Shown: positions 58,649-64,000 of the stretch, one piece after another
How the letters are laid out: each line of letters begins with the position of its first letter
How positions within the stretch are numbered: the first letter of the stretch is position 1
From: Planctomycetota bacterium
Lineage (GTDB): Bacteria; Planctomycetota; UBA8108; UBA1146
Direction of reading: 5' to 3'
Assembly (NCBI GenBank): GCA_036338595.1
Contig: JAYZBV010000077.1
Coordinates: 11,319-75,318, forward strand
DNA: 64,000 bases
Notes under the pieces: model-generated
What the model was told of the DNA's origin: nothing
What the model saw: the letters and a program-made list of their open reading frames with translations, nothing else
Databases searched by the model: none
Made by a program: the position numbers and the translations under genes

Positions 58649-59338
58649 TCAGTCGCGCGGGTCAGATCGAGGAGGATCGCCCGATATCGCCAGCACTCCA
58701 CTTCCCTGTGCTGGCCGATGCAGTGCCATGTCGAATCGTTCCCTGAACTGAACGGGGAAGAAGCGTCCCAGTTGTCGTGTACATTCGGTGATGGAGGGGC
58801 CACTGAGGGAACTCAGGATCGGCTGATGGAGGCGGCTATCGGGCCACTGGAAGACGCCGAGGAAAACGACCCCTAACAGGATGCCAGCGAGTGAGATGCC
58901 CATCAGCCCGCCCAGTACATTGTCGCAGATGCGAAGTGTCTGGTCGAAGAAGGAGCGCAGCACCATGGTGGTCAAGAAGGCGACTCCGGCACAACTGCTG
59001 AAGATGGCGAGCCCTGCCAGCACCTGACTCGCCAGCGGACCCATGTCTGCCCGGATCGACGAGAAAAGGGGGGTCATCGAAAGGGGAACCGAGAACTGAC
59101 CCGCCAGCAGCAGTCCGACGGTGGATCCGAGCAGGAGCGCTGTGGATCGGTAAAAACCGACTCCGACACCGGTGAACACGCCCGATAACAGACCGAGCAC
59201 CACCACCATGTCGATCCAGTTCGATTGTGCCCACGCATCCTGGAAAGAGGAGGCGTTGGCAAGTTCAGCCAGTAATGGTCCAGGCAGGGCCGTGAACATT
59301 GCGATCACGGGCTCCCATGGGATCATGATGGAAATCAA
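58649..59338 (-). CDS. CvpA (colicin V production) family membrane protein
   Basis: NWIDMVV...G...GF..., DNVLGGLMG and S.SGP pattern with four TM helices. Start is uncertain and may lie downstream. Confidence 0.7.
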   Translation of the reverse strand: MISIMIPWEPVIAMFTALPGPLLAELANASSFQDAWAQSNWIDMVVVLGLLSGVFTGVGVGFYRSTALLLGSTVGLLLAGQFSVPLSMTPLFSSIRADMGPLASQVLAGLAIFSSCAGVAFLTTMVLRSFFDQTLRICDNVLGGLMGISLAGILLGVVFLGVFQWPDSRLHQPILSSLSGPSITECTRQLGRFFPVQFRERFDMALHRPAQGSGVLAISGDPPRSDPRD

Positions 59339-59498
59339 GTGGCCTGCGCATCTCTCTCATCGGCGTACACTCAGAATCTCGCAGGGGCGCTTTTTTGTCA
59401 AGACTGCCTCGATGACAGGGGTTCCGCAGGATCAACTCACATCGCCCCGGAAGTGCTTGTCGAGGCAACCACTGCCTCGCAGGAAGGGAATTGAAACC

Positions 59499-60290
59499 GT
59501 GACCTACTTCTCGGGAAAGACGATTCTCGTGACAGGTGCCAGCGATGGCATCGGGCGAGATCTGGTCGAGCAACTCGATTCCCACGGCGCGCAGCAGATG
59601 ATCCTGATCGGACGCGATCTCCAGCGATTGGGTGAAGTTGCCGATGGTTGTGGCACCGAGACGCGTATCGAATCGGTCGATCTAGCATGCCAGGATCAAC
59701 TCGATGCTCTGCTGAAGCGACTCGAAGGTGTGCAAATCGATGTGCTGATCAACAATGCCGGGGTGGGGCTCGGCGGCGCTTTTGAGGGCCATGAGGATGA
59801 GCAGCGGATCACCTCGATGATCCGGCTCAACTGCGATGCGGTGGTATTACTGACCCGAGCCATCCTGCCCGGGATGCTGAGGCGTCAGCAAGGAGCCATT
59901 CTGATGGTCGGGTCTCTCGCAGGATGGGCCGGCGGACCCGGGATGTGTGTTTATTCAGCGACCAAGGGATTCGTCAATCGTTTTGCTGAAGGGCTGCGCT
60001 GGGAACTCGCAGGCACGGGAGTCAGGGTCTCATTGCTTGCTCCTGGAGTGACCCGCACGGCTTTCTTTCGATCGGCAGGAATCGATGAGAGAGACATCCG
60101 CTCGGGAAGCATGACCTCGAAACAGGTGGCAAGACAAGCGTTGAACGGACTGGCCCGGGGCCGCGCTCTCATCGTCCCGGGGATTCGTAACCGGATATTG
60201 CTGTTCATCCAGGGGTTGGTGCCAAGAGGACTCGTGGGCTGGGTATCTAGAAGGGTATTCGCACCGATCATGAAGCGGCAGCAGACCTGA
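59499..60290 (+). CDS. SDR family oxidoreductase
   Basis: LVTGASDGIG, INNAGVG, GS.AG and YSATK; probable GTG start at 59499. Confidence 0.9.
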   Translation: MTYFSGKTILVTGASDGIGRDLVEQLDSHGAQQMILIGRDLQRLGEVADGCGTETRIESVDLACQDQLDALLKRLEGVQIDVLINNAGVGLGGAFEGHEDEQRITSMIRLNCDAVVLLTRAILPGMLRRQQGAILMVGSLAGWAGGPGMCVYSATKGFVNRFAEGLRWELAGTGVRVSLLAPGVTRTAFFRSAGIDERDIRSGSMTSKQVARQALNGLARGRALIVPGIRNRILLFIQGLVPRGLVGWVSRRVFAPIMKRQQT

Positions 60291-60337
60291 AGCCGGGCCG
60301 TCTCGTTGGCTCAATAGGATCAGGTTTGTCGGTAGCG

Positions 60338-60736
60338 CTAGCGACGAGTGGTCGGCAGTCCCCGGGAAGACCAGCCCGGGAATGTGACATTTCCAAGCAC
60401 ATCGGTCTCACCGATGAATCCACCCCGCATGTCATGTAGGTTCGTGAAACCCTCTGCAGTGAGAAGGTCTGCAGCTTTCTGCGATCTGCCGCCCTTCTGA
60501 CAACCCAGGATAATTCGGCAGTCGGAAGAGACCTCCGCACAGACGGAGTCGACGAATTCTGGATTCATCCGGATGCCCACTCCGCCGTCACCACGGATCA
60601 TCACGGGGATATTGCGAGCATTGGGGACATGTCCCTGGGAGTACTCTTCGGGCATCCTGACATCGATATAGACATAATCCTGGCCCGAGTTCAGCAGTTC
60701 ATTGGCACGATCCGGATCAATTCGTTTCACGCCCAT
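60338..60736 (-). CDS. Rhodanese-like domain protein
   Basis: IDVRMPEEY..GHVPNA.NIP, active loop CQKGGRS and MRGGF; GGAGAGG RBS upstream of ATG 60736. Confidence 0.88.
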   Translation of the reverse strand: MGVKRIDPDRANELLNSGQDYVYIDVRMPEEYSQGHVPNARNIPVMIRGDGGVGIRMNPEFVDSVCAEVSSDCRIILGCQKGGRSQKAADLLTAEGFTNLHDMRGGFIGETDVLGNVTFPGWSSRGLPTTRR

Positions 60737-60979
60737 CGGCATTCCTCTCCGCTCGCCAGCGAAACCACCTCTGAAGCAGCAAATGACCAGTTGGAGTCGT
60801 TCAGGATCTGGCGACTCAGCAATGAAACGGACCGGGGATCGCTTCCCTGGTCGTGGATCCATCCGAATTGTCGATCGGGTTTCGCCCGCCCCATGACGTC
60901 CACGATGGTTGACGCCCACGTTGGTGCAATCGAGGTCTCCTCAAGGTCATCGTCATCGTCGGTTGGGGAGGGGTGACTG

Positions 60980-61555
60980 TCAACCGGCGGCATCGACATG
61001 TGGAGCCGATGCTGGGCGACTGAGGCGGGTCAATCCGATCCAGTTCAATGCCAGGTGGGCTCCGATGGCCCCGGCAAGCCCAGCAGTTGGCCAGTTGGCC
61101 ACCGATCCGAGTGCGAGTCCCGCCAGCATGGCGAACAATGGCCATGCAGAGAGGCGGCGATCTCCGGTCCAGTGAGCCAGTCCAAACAGCGCGCTGGTCA
61201 GCGTCAATCCCAGCAGTGGTTGCAACAAGGCTCGAAACAGGAGTTCCTCTGCGACCGAGGAGATCAGGGCCAGAAGCAGCACTTCCATCGCCGTGCAACC
61301 CTCGAAGATCTGGGAGAGTCGGTCTTCGAGCTCTTTCGCTTCCGACCAGACCTTGCCCAGCAGCACCGAGATGGCTGCCGCCAGTGATCCGATGCCGATG
61401 CCGATGGCGAGTCCTTGCAGAAGTTTCCCAGGAGATTCCCCGAACGGGTGGGGCTGATCGGACAGCTGGATGCCGATCCAGGCGATGATTCCCATGGCGC
61501 CGTGGAAGGCGAGAGAAGCGCGAACGATCTGTCGAGGGCCCTGCCGGCTGGTCAT
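60980..61555 (-). CDS. CPBP (Abi/CAAX protease-like) intramembrane metalloprotease
   Basis: AEELLFR, FGLAH and AHLALN motifs in a hydrophobic protein. Confidence 0.85.
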   Translation of the reverse strand: MTSRQGPRQIVRASLAFHGAMGIIAWIGIQLSDQPHPFGESPGKLLQGLAIGIGIGSLAAAISVLLGKVWSEAKELEDRLSQIFEGCTAMEVLLLALISSVAEELLFRALLQPLLGLTLTSALFGLAHWTGDRRLSAWPLFAMLAGLALGSVANWPTAGLAGAIGAHLALNWIGLTRLSRPASAPHVDAAG

Positions 61556-62505
61556 CGAGGAATCTCGGTTCTTTCCTCGAGTACCTTCCTGGCATTTCGT
61601 TTCAGGCCTTCATGTCCGGTCCTGGTCACGGCGGTACCCGAATAGTGATCGAGCCACTCCTGATGACTCATGATGGCGACCTGCTCGGGATCGACAGGGA
61701 GCTCACGAGGCTCCAGCTGAGGGTGGAGTTCGGGACGGATCCTGCCAGCTCTGGAGTTCCACGGGCAGACTTCCTGGCAGATATCGCAACCAAAGAGCCA
61801 GTCGTGCAACCGCGCCTCTTGCGGCAAGGAGCCACGGTGCTCGATGGTCCAGTAGGAGATGCACTGATTGGCGTCGAGGGTGTAGGGCGCTATGAGGGCG
61901 TCTGTCGGGCAAGCATCGATGCAGGCGGTGCAACTGCCACAGTGGTTCATCGCCGAGGGTGTAGGTTGGTAGGGGCGGTCGGTGACGATGGTACCGAGAA
62001 AGAAATAGCTGCCAATTTGTCGGTCGATGACGACTCCGTTCTTGCCGATCCAACCGAGCCCGGATAGTTCTGCCCAGTCTCGTTCAAGCAGGGGTGAAGT
62101 ATCTACTGTCCACCAGGTCCGCCACTTCTGTTGCTCGGAGACGTACTGGCACAGTTGTTCCAGCAGCGGTTGCATCACCTTGTGATAATCTCTGCCCGTC
62201 GCATACCGAGCGATCTTACCTCCGCCTGGGCCGACGGCCGGTTCACTGGAATAAGGCAAGTTGACTGCGAGGATGCTGCGGGCATCTTCCAGGGATTTTC
62301 GGGGGTCGATTCGACGCTCAACATCTTTCGTGATCCAGTTCATCGAGGCGTATCTACGCTGCTTGACCCATTCCAGGAAGTGTCGAGCGTGAGGAGACTG
62401 CCCTGCCTGGGCAACTCCGAGCGAATGGAATCCAAGCCCGAGCGCGTGGTCGATCAGCTGCGCAGGGGACTGCAAGTCCGCTTCTTCTTCATCTGTAAGG
62501 GTCAT
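61552..62505 (-). CDS. queG: Epoxyqueuosine reductase
   Basis: ARYATGRDYH, VDTSPLLER, GWIGKN, CGSCTACIDACPT, CISYWTIE and GCDICQEVCPWN. Confidence 0.95.
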   Translation of the reverse strand: MTLTDEEEADLQSPAQLIDHALGLGFHSLGVAQAGQSPHARHFLEWVKQRRYASMNWITKDVERRIDPRKSLEDARSILAVNLPYSSEPAVGPGGGKIARYATGRDYHKVMQPLLEQLCQYVSEQQKWRTWWTVDTSPLLERDWAELSGLGWIGKNGVVIDRQIGSYFFLGTIVTDRPYQPTPSAMNHCGSCTACIDACPTDALIAPYTLDANQCISYWTIEHRGSLPQEARLHDWLFGCDICQEVCPWNSRAGRIRPELHPQLEPRELPVDPEQVAIMSHQEWLDHYSGTAVTRTGHEGLKRNARKVLEERTEIPR

Positions 62506-62617
62506 CTGGGCTCCCCTGATTTGGCCAGGAATTCAGTCTCTACATGGTAGTGTCTATCGGTGGCCGTGGGACCCCTCGTCGGTGTGGGAGGTGGGTTTCT
62601 CAGGGGCAGAGGAGGGG

Positions 62618-63481
62618 ATGGCGATGCCGTATCTGAGATTGCTGCGGCCGCAACACTGGATCAAGAACCTGTTCATCCTGCTACCGGTTCCCTACGCCAT
62701 GGCAGCAGGGATCACTCCGGTTGCCTATGACTTCCTGCTGGGGCTGGTGGCGTTTTCGCTGATCAGCTCCGCAGTCTATGCCTTCAATGATGTCGTCGAT
62801 CAGGATCGCGATAGAGTTCACCCCGAAAAGCAAATGAGGCCGATCGCTGCGAGGGAAATCAACCCCCGTGTGGCCCTGCTGATCAGCTTATCTCTCGTCA
62901 TCGTCTCGTTCCTGTTGCTGTCACTGGTGACAGGGTGGGGCCCTGTCGTGGCCATCGCCGGGGCCTATCTGGGCCTGAATCTGGTCTATTCGCTGTGGGG
63001 TAGAGAACTTCCGATCATCGATTTACTGCTGATCGGTTCTTTCTTTTTCCTGAGGATTCTCTACGGGTGTGCGTTGCTGGAAGCGACTCCGAGTGCAAGC
63101 CTCCTGGCAGGGGGGACGGGGATTGCCCTGTTGCTAGCACTGGGAAAGCGAATGGCTGAGTTGAGATTGGATCTCTCTACCGAGCATCGTCGGAGTTTGC
63201 AGTGGTATTCAGTTAACGGTATGACCAGGGCAATCCGGATTCAGGTGTTACTGGTGGCTATCATGTACTTCGATTACTGCTTCAGGATCGCACCGTTTTA
63301 CCCCGAGCGCTGGTGGTGGAGCCTGCCGCCAGTGCTCGTAGGGCTCTGGCAATACCAGTACAAGATTCTGGTGCAGGGAGAAACGCGGTCTCCTGTCGAG
63401 ATGTTACAGACTCATGGATCGCTACAGTTGTTGATAATATTGTGGATCACGACAACGTTATTCAGTATTCAGTTTCCCTGA
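62618..63481 (+). CDS. UbiA prenyltransferase family protein (decaprenyl-phosphate phosphoribosyltransferase-like)
   Basis: LLRPQHWIKN, SSAVYAFNDVVD...DRVHPEK..RPIA and ALGKR. Confidence 0.85.
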   Translation: MAMPYLRLLRPQHWIKNLFILLPVPYAMAAGITPVAYDFLLGLVAFSLISSAVYAFNDVVDQDRDRVHPEKQMRPIAAREINPRVALLISLSLVIVSFLLLSLVTGWGPVVAIAGAYLGLNLVYSLWGRELPIIDLLLIGSFFFLRILYGCALLEATPSASLLAGGTGIALLLALGKRMAELRLDLSTEHRRSLQWYSVNGMTRAIRIQVLLVAIMYFDYCFRIAPFYPERWWWSLPPVLVGLWQYQYKILVQGETRSPVEMLQTHGSLQLLIILWITTTLFSIQFP

Positions 63482-63832
63482 GGGACTTGCCCATGACAGG
63501 AATGTCAGGAGAGTCAGGTGGTTGCGAAATAGTCACTAACCACAGTTGATACCTAGAATTAGTGCCAATAGAGCGTCTGTAAGCATGCTAAAACATCATC
63601 CCAGTCCTTGTGCTCTCTTGCCCAGTGGCAGTGTGTAGGTACTATCCATGTGAGGACTTATTATGTACACGAGTGAGTTGTAGACATGTTTTATTCGAGT
63701 AGAGGTGTTGGCTTTATTGTGGGGATCTAATTCCAGTGATCGTCCGAGATGCTCAGTCAGTAGTGTGTCCGTCGAACTTGGAAATTTCCATATGATAGTT
63801 GATATGAATATTTAATTATTGAGTTGGAAGTT

Positions 63833-64000
63833 ATGTCAAATTCAGATTTCCACGGGGGCACAGCTAGTCAATCAGTACGCATCGACCAACTTGGGCTGAA
63901 GAGCCCATGGTTTGTTGTTGGATGGCCTGGAATAGGCGGTGTTGCTTCTCATGTGATCCAGCAGTTGGACCATCTATTTGAGTCAGATCATGCCGAAGTT
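63833..64000 (+). CDS. PAC2 (proteasome assembly chaperone-like) family protein, N-terminal part; runs off the window
   Basis: ATG 63833 is open to the window end and reads MSNSDFHGG...LKSPWFVVGWPGIGGVASHV, resembling the L..P....G.PG.G.V PAC2 N-terminal motif. Confidence 0.55.
   Translation, partial: MSNSDFHGGTASQSVRIDQLGLKSPWFVVGWPGIGGVASHVIQQLDHLFESDHAEV

Noticed and set aside
60338..60736. Rhodanese, molybdoenzyme and the 25055-26014 thioredoxin as additional selenoproteins
   Set aside because: Their active-site positions are encoded as Cys and their frames have no internal TGA.

Overview
This is a GC-rich, gene-dense bacterial chromosome window, probably from an uncultured Planctomycetota-like organism (inferred from the secreted proteins with dockerin-like C-termini, the HPGH-type IleRS and the orphan mraY). 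I found no rRNA, tRNA, CRISPR array or mobile element. Housekeeping genes include mraY, ileS, feoA/feoB, a DtxR/MntR regulator, a ferritin-like protein, an ABC exporter, pdxS/pdxT, an AddAB-like helicase-nuclease pair, a molybdopterin oxidoreductase with an Fe-S/NrfD fusion partner, miaE, queG, a cvpA-like gene and a UbiA-family prenyltransferase. Five things stand out. (1) A 12.4 kb translationally coupled operon encodes eight probably exported amidohydrolase-fold paralogs (nine domains), and only one keeps the metal-binding catalytic residues, so it is a candidate hetero-oligomeric enzyme/pseudoenzyme complex. (2) Three thioredoxin-fold selenoprotein genes are split or missed by the ORF track; each has an in-frame TGA in a UxxC motif followed by a SECIS-like hairpin. 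(3) An identical 17-bp near-palindrome (candidate DtxR-family operator) lies upstream of feoB and between feoA and the regulator, around a split feo locus that contains one of the selenoproteins. (4) A SUI1/yciH gene is interrupted by an in-frame TAG. (5) Three unrelated secreted proteins share a dockerin-like C-terminal module. All calls come from reading motifs by eye; no database searches were run, and start codons are best estimates.
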